A stretch of 64,000 bases of DNA, taken from assembly GCA_900539265.1 (NCBI GenBank), contig UQBM01000001.1, positions 66,012 through 130,011 of the forward strand, given 5' to 3'. The position numbers and the translations under genes were made by a program. The notes below the pieces were generated by a model that saw nothing but the letters and a program-made list of their open reading frames with translations, ran no database searches and was not told where the DNA came from. This document shows positions 1-8,839 of this stretch, piece after piece (position 1 is the stretch's first letter; each line of letters opens with the position of its first letter). The DNA is from an uncultured Mollicutes bacterium (GTDB lineage: Bacteria > Bacillota_I > Bacilli_A > ML615J-28 > CAG-313).

Positions 1-3000
1 GTTGCTATACCAATTTGTATAAAGTATCAAAATTTAAATGATATTAAAATAATGTTTGGCGAAAATAATAGTAACAAAATTGTAAAAATTGCAGATATGA
101 AATTATATCATAGTGGAGTGTCAAAATATTGTTTAACAAACGGAGAAAATCGGGGATATGTAGATAAAATAACTAAAATAAAATATAAAATAACCAGTGA
201 TTCAGATGAAATCACTGAATACGTTAATTCGAATTTATATTTTAGTGAAAAAGATATTCAATCTACTTACTATAGTTTATTCAAAACGAGGGGCTTAGAT
301 GACAGTGATTTACCTTACATTTTATCGAGTTGTGATGGGACAAAAAAAATGTTGGTTAACAGTGTAAAGTTTTATTCTAATAATATAGAGTTTCCAGTAA
401 TGTTTGGAAGTGATGAATATGGAAATAATACTAGAGCTTTATATTTTTCTGAAGTAAAGAGTCCTGATAATAATTTATACACTTATGGAATACCACATTT
501 TTTGAAAAATATAAATATTAATGGGAAAAATACTGATTGTATTTTGCAAATTACAGAGATAAATAAAGGTTTAAAATCTGATAAAAACAATCATGAAATG
601 AGTTCAATATACAATTATTATGATATTAATGGGAATCTTTTAAAGGAGATAGATGAATATGGTGTCGAAGTATGCTATTATTATGATGAAAAAGGTCATT
701 TAATAGAAAAAACAATGAAACATGAAGATACTGATGAAGTGATTTCAACAAAATATTCCATTAATGAAACAGAAAGTTCAGAAGAAAGTTATAGAGGTAA
801 AGTTGTTACTACAACTGATGATCATTCGGGTAATATATCTAATATACATTATAACAAAGATGAAGAAAAAAGTTTATCCGTTGAAATGAAATATAATACT
901 ACTTCACAAATTAAAAAAATTTCAAATAATTTAGATGGGGCAAATTATTTGAAATATGATAAGAATGGTAGATTGTTGGCAGTAACACCTATTGGATGGA
1001 ACAAAAGTAATATGTATGGTTTTTTGTTTAAATACAATTTATTGGGTGAAACAACGAATTATTATTTAATGTATAGAGATGAGTTAAAAAAAACTAACAA
1101 ACAATTGTTATTATCAAGAAACATGAATTATGTAGAAAATAAATTAACAACTTCATATTATAGAGATTTATATAATTCTAGTGAAATAGATACATCAACT
1201 GTACATTTTGATAAATACGGAAGAATAACTTCAGTTATTAATGGTGATAAAGAAATTACATATAGAAGACAAGAACTATGGGAAAGTAATGGTGCTAGTA
1301 AAATTGAAGAAAAATATGATCCATATGAAAATAGAACTTATAAGTATCATTATAATGAGTTCAATGACTTAACGGAGTATGAGGTTTTTGATGAGGATGG
1401 TAAGAGTTATTTTTCTACTAAATTAAATTCACCAAACCAAGTACAATATGGAGGAGTATACTATAAGTGTGAAAACACAAAGGATGAAAGTAAACTAATG
1501 AATCCACGAATTAAAGAAACTATTACGGAAGTAGTTAATGATAAACTTGAGATATTACCTATAAAAACATCCTATGAATTTGATAAATTAGGTAGACTAA
1601 GTTACAAAGAGGATGTAATTAAGGATGGACTATTTGGAGCAAATTCAAAAGTAACAGAAGAAATAATTTATAAAAAAGGAACATTTCAAGTAGAACAAAT
1701 TACAAAGAAAATTACTAATCCACTGTCAAAATCCCAAACATATCAAATAAATTATACCTATGACAAAAAAGGAAATATTTCTAATAAAAAAATTACTTCA
1801 GAAAGAGGTAATGATAGTGAAGAAACTTTAAATGTATATAAATATGATAATGCAAATAGGTTAATTTTTGAAAGTAGTACAAATTCCTCTTTTATATATG
1901 CGGATAAGACATATTCATATAATAAAGATGGAAGTTTATATTGTGAATCTATGGCAGGTGAATCTATATATTATACATATGATAAAGGAAGATTAACAAA
2001 AAGAAAAGAGAAATTTATTGAAAACTTATTTGATTATGATAATTTTGGAAATTGTACACATTATAATATTGATTCAAAAACTAAACCTCAAAATATGTTT
2101 TGGGAAAGAGGTAACTTATTAAAACAATACACTTGTGATAAAAATATTAAATATTATTATAATGGTGAAGGAGTGCGTTTTAAAAAGACTATTAATGACA
2201 ATAATGTAGATTATGTATATGATGGTTCAAAGTTAATTAGGGAAGAAAGAAATGGTCTAATGATTAGATATTTATATGATGCAGACGGATTGAGTGGAAT
2301 TATACCATTATATAATAATGATGAATTTCAATATACATTTGTTAAAGATGCTGAAGATAATGTAATTTCAATATATAATAAGGATAAAGAAGTAGCTTAT
2401 TATGAATATGATTCATGGGGAAATTGTATGGTATATGATAAGAAAGGTGGAACCATTATTACAGATGAAGGCCATATTGGGAATATTAATCCAATAAGAT
2501 GGAAATCACAATATTATGATACTGAAAGTAAATTATATTTTATTAATGGTAGATATTATTCTCCGTTAATGAAACAATTTATTTCAGCAGTATCACCAGA
2601 AGTTGCATTTTCAAATGCTAATTCTTTATATAGTCTTAATTTGTATAGTTTAACTGTTGCAAATCCTATTAATTTAGTGTATAATACATATACCTATGAA
2701 ACATTTGAAAAACTTATTTATGATTCTGATGAATTAACAAAATGGCAATATTTTTGGCAAGTGACTTGGCAAAAATTTTGGAATAGTCCGCTCGGGAAAG
2801 CTATATCAATAGGTTTAATGGTAATTGCTGTAATAATAATTATTGTTGTTGCATTCTTTAATATTGGTGCTGCTGCTATCTTGGCAAAAGCTTTAGTAAA
2901 AAGTGTAGTAATTTCAGGGTTGTGGTTTTTTGGAGCAGCTGCAATAGCTGGCTTTTGCTCAAAAAAAGGTTTTGGTCCCGGTTTTTTTAATTATGTAAAT

Positions 3001-3453
3001 AATAATTGGTCGTTCTCATTGGCTATTACTGGATTTTTTGTAATCATAAGTACTAGCCTTAATATTTCCAGTGCTATTAAAATAGTAAATGCTTCACAAA
3101 AGTCAGCACTTCAATATGCTAAAGATGTGTTTGCTACTTCAAAAAGAAAATATAATATGGTATCTACAGCCATTGATAAAAAAACTGGAAAAATTTATTA
3201 TGGAAAAGCAGGAAGAAATCCTGATTTTATTCCAAATAAACTTTTAAAAGCAAGAGAGTTTCCATCTCTAGAAGATTGGGATGATATTTTTAATTGTGCA
3301 GAAGTGAGGGCAGTATCAGATGCTTTAGATGATGGGGCTAGGCTTAGTGATTTAGTAGTAACAACTGTAAGGGTGAAAGATTTGGCCATGGCGCCTATGT
3401 GTAGAAATTGTAGAAAACTTCTTCGAGGTATTTTATTAGTTGTCAGTGGATAG
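1..3453 (+). CDS. RHS/YD-repeat polymorphic toxin, 5'-partial, with a C-terminal TM block and a deaminase-like toxin domain
   Basis: Frame 1 has no stop from nt 1 to the first ATG at 52 (gtt gct ata cca ...), so the gene probably continues upstream of the window. It has more than 12 YD-type repeats (YDEKGHLIEK, YDKNGRLLAV, FDKYGRITSV, FDKLGRLSYK, YDKKGNISNK, YDNANRLIFE, YDADGLSGI, YDSWGNC). The RHS core-end signature is 'GRYYSPLMKQFISAVSP...LNLYSLTVANPINLV'. This is followed by three hydrophobic helices and a tail carrying NCAEVRAV and PMCRNC motifs. Confidence 0.85.
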   Translation, partial: VAIPICIKYQNLNDIKIMFGENNSNKIVKIADMKLYHSGVSKYCLTNGENRGYVDKITKIKYKITSDSDEITEYVNSNLYFSEKDIQSTYYSLFKTRGLDDSDLPYILSSCDGTKKMLVNSVKFYSNNIEFPVMFGSDEYGNNTRALYFSEVKSPDNNLYTYGIPHFLKNININGKNTDCILQITEINKGLKSDKNNHEMSSIYNYYDINGNLLKEIDEYGVEVCYYYDEKGHLIEKTMKHEDTDEVISTKYSINETESSEESYRGKVVTTTDDHSGNISNIHYNKDEEKSLSVEMKYNTTSQIKKISNNLDGANYLKYDKNGRLLAVTPIGWNKSNMYGFLFKYNLLGETTNYYLMYRDELKKTNKQLLLSRNMNYVENKLTTSYYRDLYNSSEIDTSTVHFDKYGRITSVINGDKEITYRRQELWESNGASKIEEKYDPYENRTYKYHYNEFNDLTEYEVFDEDGKSYFSTKLNSPNQVQYGGVYYKCENTKDESKLMNPRIKETITEVVNDKLEILPIKTSYEFDKLGRLSYKEDVIKDGLFGANSKVTEEIIYKKGTFQVEQITKKITNPLSKSQTYQINYTYDKKGNISNKKITSERGNDSEETLNVYKYDNANRLIFESSTNSSFIYADKTYSYNKDGSLYCESMAGESIYYTYDKGRLTKRKEKFIENLFDYDNFGNCTHYNIDSKTKPQNMFWERGNLLKQYTCDKNIKYYYNGEGVRFKKTINDNNVDYVYDGSKLIREERNGLMIRYLYDADGLSGIIPLYNNDEFQYTFVKDAEDNVISIYNKDKEVAYYEYDSWGNCMVYDKKGGTIITDEGHIGNINPIRWKSQYYDTESKLYFINGRYYSPLMKQFISAVSPEVAFSNANSLYSLNLYSLTVANPINLVYNTYTYETFEKLIYDSDELTKWQYFWQVTWQKFWNSPLGKAISIGLMVIAVIIIIVVAFFNIGAAAILAKALVKSVVISGLWFFGAAAIAGFCSKKGFGPGFFNYVNNNWSFSLAITGFFVIISTSLNISSAIKIVNASQKSALQYAKDVFATSKRKYNMVSTAIDKKTGKIYYGKAGRNPDFIPNKLLKAREFPSLEDWDDIFNCAEVRAVSDALDDGARLSDLVVTTVRVKDLAMAPMCRNCRKLLRGILLVVSG

Positions 3454-3462
3454 GAGGAAATT

Positions 3463-4305
3463 ATGTGTTTTTCTAAAGATGTACTACAATGCTTAAAAAA
3501 AAATGGTTGGAATAATGAAAAAAGAAATATTGATCAAATAATTAAATATATAAAACAAAACGGATATGAAGTTAATGAAAATCTAATTCTGTTTTTAGAA
3601 AGATTCGATAAGTTTACTTTTAAATTTCCCTTAAAAAAATCAAGAGATAAAGTATTTTTTGATTGCGAGAAAATGATAGCAGAAGATAAAGAAGTAGCAT
3701 TAGATTATGAGGAATCTGTAGGAGAACAGTTAATACCTATAGGAGAAATTGGTTTTTATTATTTAATTATGATTTCTTTGTCAGGAAAAATATATGCTTC
3801 ATTTGATGGTTATTTATTCTTGTTTGGAAATAATATTTATGAAATGATTGAAAATTGCTATTATGGAAATAAGGTTGAAGAAATTCCAATTAAAGCTAAG
3901 CCATGTACTTTTAAAAATGAAATATATAAAATAAATAAAGATGAAATTAATAAGTATAAAGAAAAATTTAATCACTCTTTTGTAATTGAGTTAGATGGGA
4001 AAAAATGTAGTAATTTAAAAAATTTTATTTTAGAATTAAATAAATTAATTCCATTTGATAAAGTATCTTTTGATTTTCAAATGCATATTTTAAATATGAG
4101 AAAATTACCTGAGTATATAAATAAGGAATCATATTTAATGATTATAACGAATTATAATTACTTTCTAACTAATGATGTTATTAATAAGGAATTATTTGAA
4201 AATAAATATAAAAGTGAAGTATTATCATGGTATGACAATTTAATTGCTGTAAAATTATGGGGTGGCGAATATAAACAGTTTAATATTTTATTAGTTTCTG
4301 ATTAG
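3463..4305 (+). CDS. Putative cognate immunity protein with an N-terminal SUKH-3-like domain and a C-terminal barstar-like domain
   Basis: It starts 9 nt after the toxin stop, and an AGGAGG RBS overlaps that stop. The N-terminal half (LKKNGWNNEKRNIDQIIKYIKQNGYEVNENLILFLERFDKF...LIPIGEIGFYYLIMISLSGKIYA) fits the remembered SUKH-3 pattern. The C-terminal half (FVIELDGKKCSNLKNFILELNKLIPFD...YLMIITNYNYF...FNILLVSD) follows a barstar-like pattern. Domain calls are by eye only. Confidence 0.55.
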   Translation: MCFSKDVLQCLKKNGWNNEKRNIDQIIKYIKQNGYEVNENLILFLERFDKFTFKFPLKKSRDKVFFDCEKMIAEDKEVALDYEESVGEQLIPIGEIGFYYLIMISLSGKIYASFDGYLFLFGNNIYEMIENCYYGNKVEEIPIKAKPCTFKNEIYKINKDEINKYKEKFNHSFVIELDGKKCSNLKNFILELNKLIPFDKVSFDFQMHILNMRKLPEYINKESYLMIITNYNYFLTNDVINKELFENKYKSEVLSWYDNLIAVKLWGGEYKQFNILLVSD

Positions 4306-4383
4306 TATGATCACGACAATTATTGATAAATGTTATTAACTAATTATATTTTATGAGAAATAAAATAAGTTTATAATTTATTT

Positions 4384-4425
4384 AAAAGGAGATTATTATT
4401 TTTAAAAAATAATAATCTCCTTTTT
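4384..4425 (+). terminator. Rho-independent terminator after the toxin/immunity pair
   Basis: A perfect 17-bp stem, aaaaggagattattatt (4384-4400) pairing with aataataatctcctttt (4408-4424), has a 7-nt loop and a T-rich 3' arm. Confidence 0.75.
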
Positions 4426-4628
4426 CTACAAATTATAAAAGTATTATATAAATAATTTATTATAAGTGTATCTAATAAATATGTGCATGATTAACATAAA
4501 TATTATTCATAAAATTGTGATAACTATTTTAATGGTTTAGAAATATCGATAGTATTAGTAGCCATTAAGCAATTTTTGAGTTATTGATATGTAGAAATAA
4601 TAGTTCATTTTATTTTACACTAAATTTA

Positions 4629-4656
4629 TTGAAAAATATAAGTTTTATGATATAAT
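4629..4656 (+). promoter_or_regulatory. Sigma-A-like promoter candidate for the 4745 gene
   Basis: TTGAAA (4629-4634), a 16-nt spacer, then TGaTATAAT (extended -10, TATAAT at 4651-4656). Confidence 0.4.
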
Positions 4657-4744
4657 ATTGTAAAAGGCACGATTAAATTAACAAATTAATATTTGAATAA
4701 CATAATATTTTTTATATTGTAGTAAAATAGATGGAGGAAATACA

Positions 4745-5860
4745 ATGAATAAAATATCGTTAAATGATTATAAAGGGTCAATGATATATTTTCATTTTTT
4801 TGATACATATATAAAATTATTTGAAAAAGGTAAAGAAGTCATATTTAATGAACTCTATATAAATAATAGTTCATATAGAAGATGTAAAGAAAAAGAACAA
4901 GGAGTAGGACCAGAGATTATTTCAAAGTTAACTACTTATTATAATATAAAAGAAGTTAATAATGAGGATATAGATAATTATGAAATACTTTTAAATGACC
5001 TTTATACAAATATCTATTATAAAAATACTGATAATTACGAAGAAGACTTAAATAAATTAGAAACTTTAATAGCTGAAAATAATTTGATGTCACCAGTTTT
5101 TAAATTAATAAGATTATTACTACTTTTGAATTCTAAGAAAAGTGTAGAACAAGTGTATAATGAAAATACTCATGAATATAATTATATAAAAAAATTTAGT
5201 TCCTTTTATGTAGGAGAACTAAAAACTATTCTTAATATTATATCTTTATTCTTTGAATCAACTTCAGATAAATGTGAATGGGACCATGATTTCAAAAATG
5301 CACTAGCTTATCAAATATTATCATCAAAATGTTTTAAAGACCAAAAGTATATAGAAGCAATATTTTATGCTACGAAAGCAAATGATATTTTAATAACTGA
5401 TTATAATTACAAAAGAATAATTAGTGTTAATAACATTGTAATGCGTTCACTACTTTATATTGGTAACTACGAAGAATGTATGAAACTATCAACAAAGCAA
5501 ATTAGAAGTTTAGAATCATTAGGTGTTATAGGATATGATTTAATAGCAACAAAGTCGAGTTTGAATTTATCTTTACTTGGACTTAACAAATATAAAGAAG
5601 TTTTAATTAACATTAATAATCAGGAAAAGATGGATTTATCAGATATTACTTCAATGCTTATATGCGAGTATAAATTAAATAAACAATCATTTAAAGATTA
5701 TTATAAAGATTTTATTGAAACAAATAAATTTAACGAATCAACTTTAAAATACCTAAATTTGCTAACTTATTACTTTACACATAGGGATAAAAAGATATTA
5801 AAAACCTTATCAAAAGCAAATATTAGTGGAATTTTAATAAACATTTTACAAAATATCTAA
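4745..5860 (+). CDS. Hypothetical protein, possibly an HTH + TPR-like (RNPP/Rgg-type) regulator
   Basis: A GGAGG RBS lies upstream. The N-terminal stretch 'IFNELYINNSSYRRCKEKEQGVGPEIISKLTTYYNI' looks like a degenerate XRE-type HTH. The C-terminal 250 aa are helical with TPR-like pairs (AYQILSSKCFKDQKYIEAIFYATKANDI..., MRSLLYIGNYEECMKLSTKQI). The family call is weak. Confidence 0.35.
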   Translation: MNKISLNDYKGSMIYFHFFDTYIKLFEKGKEVIFNELYINNSSYRRCKEKEQGVGPEIISKLTTYYNIKEVNNEDIDNYEILLNDLYTNIYYKNTDNYEEDLNKLETLIAENNLMSPVFKLIRLLLLLNSKKSVEQVYNENTHEYNYIKKFSSFYVGELKTILNIISLFFESTSDKCEWDHDFKNALAYQILSSKCFKDQKYIEAIFYATKANDILITDYNYKRIISVNNIVMRSLLYIGNYEECMKLSTKQIRSLESLGVIGYDLIATKSSLNLSLLGLNKYKEVLININNQEKMDLSDITSMLICEYKLNKQSFKDYYKDFIETNKFNESTLKYLNLLTYYFTHRDKKILKTLSKANISGILINILQNI

Positions 5861-5980
5861 AATGGGCATTTTTATTACTCTAATTAAAAAGTGCTCAAAT
5901 AATCACCCATTTATTGGGCTTTTTTTTATTAAAACGTATATATTTATAAAAAAATGCTCAATTATACAAACTTTAGTCAT

Positions 5981-6009
5981 TTGACAAAACGTTATTTTTA
6001 ATGTATACT
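5981..6009 (+). promoter_or_regulatory. Sigma-A-like promoter candidate for the lipoprotein gene
   Basis: TTGACA (5981-5986), a 17-nt spacer, then TATACT (6004-6009). Confidence 0.45.
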
Positions 6010-6043
6010 AGTAATAAGATATTAATGTATAAAGAGAAGTTCA

Positions 6044-7096
6044 ATGTATAAGAGGTTTATATTATTAATTGCTATTTTAGCTTCATTATTTTTAATAGGG
6101 TGTAATCAGACTAAGCATATTCATATTAAGTGTGAAGAATGTGGTAAATGTACTGATGTAAATTGTGATGGACTAGAAGAAGAAAGGTGTCAAGGACATC
6201 AACATTATATATTTAACTTAACGATAACTGATGAAGATAATTTTATTTATGATAAGACAGCTGAAACAAGTTTTGAATCAGGCACTAAAATTGTGATGCA
6301 CTCTCGCCCAATAATGGATGCTGATTTAGCAATGTACATAAATGGTGAGTTTCATTCTATTCAAAATACAATTCGAGTAAATGATGAATACGTTTGGGAA
6401 TACTCTTTTGTAATGCTAGCAAGAGATACTACTATTGAATTTAAGACTCAAACATTAGAATATTCTGATGTAAAAACTATTCTTGGTATTACATCACTAA
6501 CAAGAGAAGATATCTTAAGAATAAAATATTCAAGTTCTAACATAGAGGATGACAATAAACCTAAACCTGGTACTTTAAAATTAGTTATCAGTATTGCTGA
6601 CTATGAAGATATTACTTCTATGTTGGAATTTATGAAAGTAACTGTAATTGAAGATAGAAGTGATGACTGGCAAGAAGATGCAGGTATATGTAATAAATAT
6701 TCAATTTATACAAACGATAAAAAGTATGATTTCGAAATAGTTAATGGATATATATTAGTTAATAATAAACACTATAAAGTTTTAGGGTATGAACCAGGCT
6801 GGAACTATGGGGATGTCACTTTTGCTTTTAATACTAATTTAGATTCATATGAGGCATACACATTAGATGGAACTAAAATAGGTGATTTTAATGGTCTATC
6901 TGAATTTGAGTTTTATGAAATTGATAGTCCTTTAACAGGTGTAGATGATTATGGATATTTAGAAACTGAGTTTGGAATAATTTATATTCATGATGCAAAA
7001 ATATTTTACATCAAAGAAGGAGAAAATTATACTTATTATGAATTAGTTTGGGAATGGGAAAAAGACTTTAGTGATATATTTAACAAACATAATTAA
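6044..7096 (+). CDS. Lipoprotein with an N-terminal Cys/His-rich module
   Basis: Signal peptide with lipobox LFLIGC, followed by HIHIKCEECGKCTDVNCDGLEEERCQGHQH. The rest has no family I recognise. Confidence 0.7.
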   Translation: MYKRFILLIAILASLFLIGCNQTKHIHIKCEECGKCTDVNCDGLEEERCQGHQHYIFNLTITDEDNFIYDKTAETSFESGTKIVMHSRPIMDADLAMYINGEFHSIQNTIRVNDEYVWEYSFVMLARDTTIEFKTQTLEYSDVKTILGITSLTREDILRIKYSSSNIEDDNKPKPGTLKLVISIADYEDITSMLEFMKVTVIEDRSDDWQEDAGICNKYSIYTNDKKYDFEIVNGYILVNNKHYKVLGYEPGWNYGDVTFAFNTNLDSYEAYTLDGTKIGDFNGLSEFEFYEIDSPLTGVDDYGYLETEFGIIYIHDAKIFYIKEGENYTYYELVWEWEKDFSDIFNKHN

Positions 7097-7107
7097 TAAA
7101 TAGTTAA

Positions 7108-7139
7108 GCATCAAGGCAAATACGCTTTGGTGCTTTTTC
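7108..7139 (+). terminator. Rho-independent terminator
   Basis: The stem pairs gcatcaaggc (7108-7117) with gctttggtgc (7124-7133), including two G-U pairs, and is followed by TTTTT. Confidence 0.55.
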
Positions 7140-7256
7140 TCTTTATGCAATTTTTACAATGTAAACTAATAATTATGCATCTTTTATAATTGAAACTATC
7201 AAATATAAAACATTACGCAGTATACACACATTAAAGTACTATAAAAAGCCTTCATT

Positions 7257-7294
7257 AGTGAAGTGAACCCCATTTAGTTCACACATAAAATAAG
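7257..7294 (+). repeat. Left terminal inverted repeat of the IS3-family element
   Basis: agtgaagtgaaccccatttagttcacacataaaataag is the exact reverse complement of 8368-8405. Confidence 0.9.
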
Positions 7295-7339
7295 ACTATA
7301 TCTCCTTATGATATAATGATATCGTAAGGAGGTTTTTTT

Positions 7340-7633
7340 ATGGCAAGAAAAGGAATTAAACACAATAATTATACAGTTGAGTTTATACAAGAAGTTTTGG
7401 AAAAATATTATTCTGGCCAAGGTGGATTCACTTCTCTAGCTAATGAGTATAAAATTCCAATTAAAACCATTAAAACATGGGTTTATAGGATGAATAAAGG
7501 AATTAATGTTTTTAAAAATAAAAAAACAAACTCATTAGGTCGTCCTAAAGAATTTGAAATTGATTATAAGGAAAGATATGAAATATTAAAAAAATTCCTG
7601 ACCTTCATAAAAGCACAACGAAAGAAAAAATAA
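7340..7633 (+). CDS. IS3-family transposase OrfA (HTH)
   Basis: This 97-aa protein has 'YTVEFIQEVLEKYYSGQGGFTSLANEYKIPIKTIKTWV' (HTH) and a leucine-zipper-like tail 'YEILKKFLTFIKAQRKKK'. An A-run sits at its 3' end where IS3 elements frameshift. Confidence 0.8.
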   Translation: MARKGIKHNNYTVEFIQEVLEKYYSGQGGFTSLANEYKIPIKTIKTWVYRMNKGINVFKNKKTNSLGRPKEFEIDYKERYEILKKFLTFIKAQRKKK

Positions 7634-8341
7634 TTTTTATTAATCTTTATTTAAACTTATATAGTTTGAAAAATATGTGCGAAGTGTTGAAAATCTCTAC
7701 TAGAACATATATAAATATAGAAACGTTGAAGATAAAGATTATTATGATTATTTAATTATAAAAAGGTATTACGAATTATGAATAAATATAATTTAAGGGC
7801 AGAATACGTAAAGAAAATACATCCACATACATATAAGCGGATTGAAGAAAATGTTGAACCAAACTTACTAAATAGGAATTTTGATATTGAACATCCTAAT
7901 AAAGTATGGGTAACTGATATAACTTATCTTATATTTAATAATAAACGTGCATATTTATCTACAATATTAGATTTATTTGATCGAAAAGTAGTAGCATATA
8001 GAATTTCTAAATTTAATGATAATCAATTAGTTATTGATACATTAAATGAAGCTATAGCTAAAAATAAAGACGTATATGGACTAATCATTCACAGTGATCA
8101 GGGTTTTCAATATACGTCTTTTAGTTACAAAGCCATATGCGAGTCAGTAGGTATTCAGATTTCAATGAGTCGCAAGGGAACACCGCTTGATGATTCTCCA
8201 ATGGAAAGTTATCATAGTATTCTTAAAAAAGAGACTTTGTATAATAATTATATCACAAATTTAGAAGAATATATAGCAATTGTAGAAGATTGGATAGAAT
8301 TTTATAATACAAAAAGAATTAAAAATAGGAAGAGAAAATAA
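7621..8341 (+). pseudogene. IS3-family transposase OrfB (DDE), disrupted
   Basis: The -1 frame is open across the orfA end and reads '...LYSLKNMCEVLKISTRTY', a typical orfB N-terminus, but it stops at about 7770. The DDE core resumes in another frame at 7778 (VWVTDITY, IIHSDQGFQYTS, MSRKGTPLDDSPMESYHSILKKE). Only about 26 codons lie where roughly 55 are expected. Confidence 0.75.
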
Positions 8342-8367
8342 TCTCTTCCTTTTATTTAGACATAAGA

Positions 8368-8405
8368 CTTATTTTATGTGTGAACTAAATGGGGTTCACT
8401 TCACT
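8368..8405 (-). repeat. Right terminal inverted repeat of the IS3-family element
   Basis: cttattttatgtgtgaactaaatggggttcacttcact is the exact reverse complement of 7257-7294. Confidence 0.9.
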
Positions 8406-8839
8406 TTTATATCAGTAATTAAAGTCTTATTATTTTCATTAATATAAAGTGAAGTGATAAGAAGTGCTATCAAGAGGATAAAGTCATTATTTATTATAAA
8501 ATAATATTAGAATAGGATAAAGTAAAGGATAGTATGTTGTAATATTAAATGAGAACACATAGTAGAAAGTATATTTAGAAGATATGTAAGTGGAGATACC
8601 TTTTAACAAATGGTGAATGTCCCATACTGATAAACTAAAAAACAAGAAAAGAAGTTTGTTTTCATTAAGTACAATTTAAAGTAGGTTAAAAAAAATACAT
8701 AGGAAATGCAATAGAGATATCCTAAGTATTATAAGTTAAAAAATATTTGATATAGTATAAACTAAATGAGTGAATTATAATAATATAAGAGGATTATCAA
8801 AGATAGATAAAGGTAGATTTCAAGTAAATAGCAATTGGT

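Larger units (their letters stand above)
7257..8405 (+). mobile_element. IS3-family (IS150-group-like) insertion sequence, decayed
   Basis: Perfect 38-bp terminal inverted repeats bracket an orfA (HTH) and a DDE-type orfB. The element is short (~1.15 kb). The orfB N-terminal part is broken by a stop, a frame change and an apparent internal deletion. Confidence 0.85.

Noticed and set aside
5862-5984. A 40-codon ORF downstream of the RNPP-like regulator, considered as a possible signalling-peptide gene.
   Set aside because: It has no RBS, and it spans what look like DNA repeat boxes and a promoter -35. I kept it only as a low-probability note inside a finding, not as a feature.
7621-7640. Whether the A-run at the orfA end of the IS3 element is a functional programmed -1 frameshift site.
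   Set aside because: The -1 frame is open across the site, but it stops about 45 codons later and the DDE core is in yet another frame. Frameshifting therefore cannot yield an intact OrfAB in this copy.
8421-8457. Short matches to the IS inverted repeat just outside the right end (agtcttatta at ~8423; agtgaagtga at 8448-8457).
   Set aside because: They are only about 10 nt each, in inconsistent orientations, within AT-rich DNA. That is insufficient to call a second IS end or a MITE.
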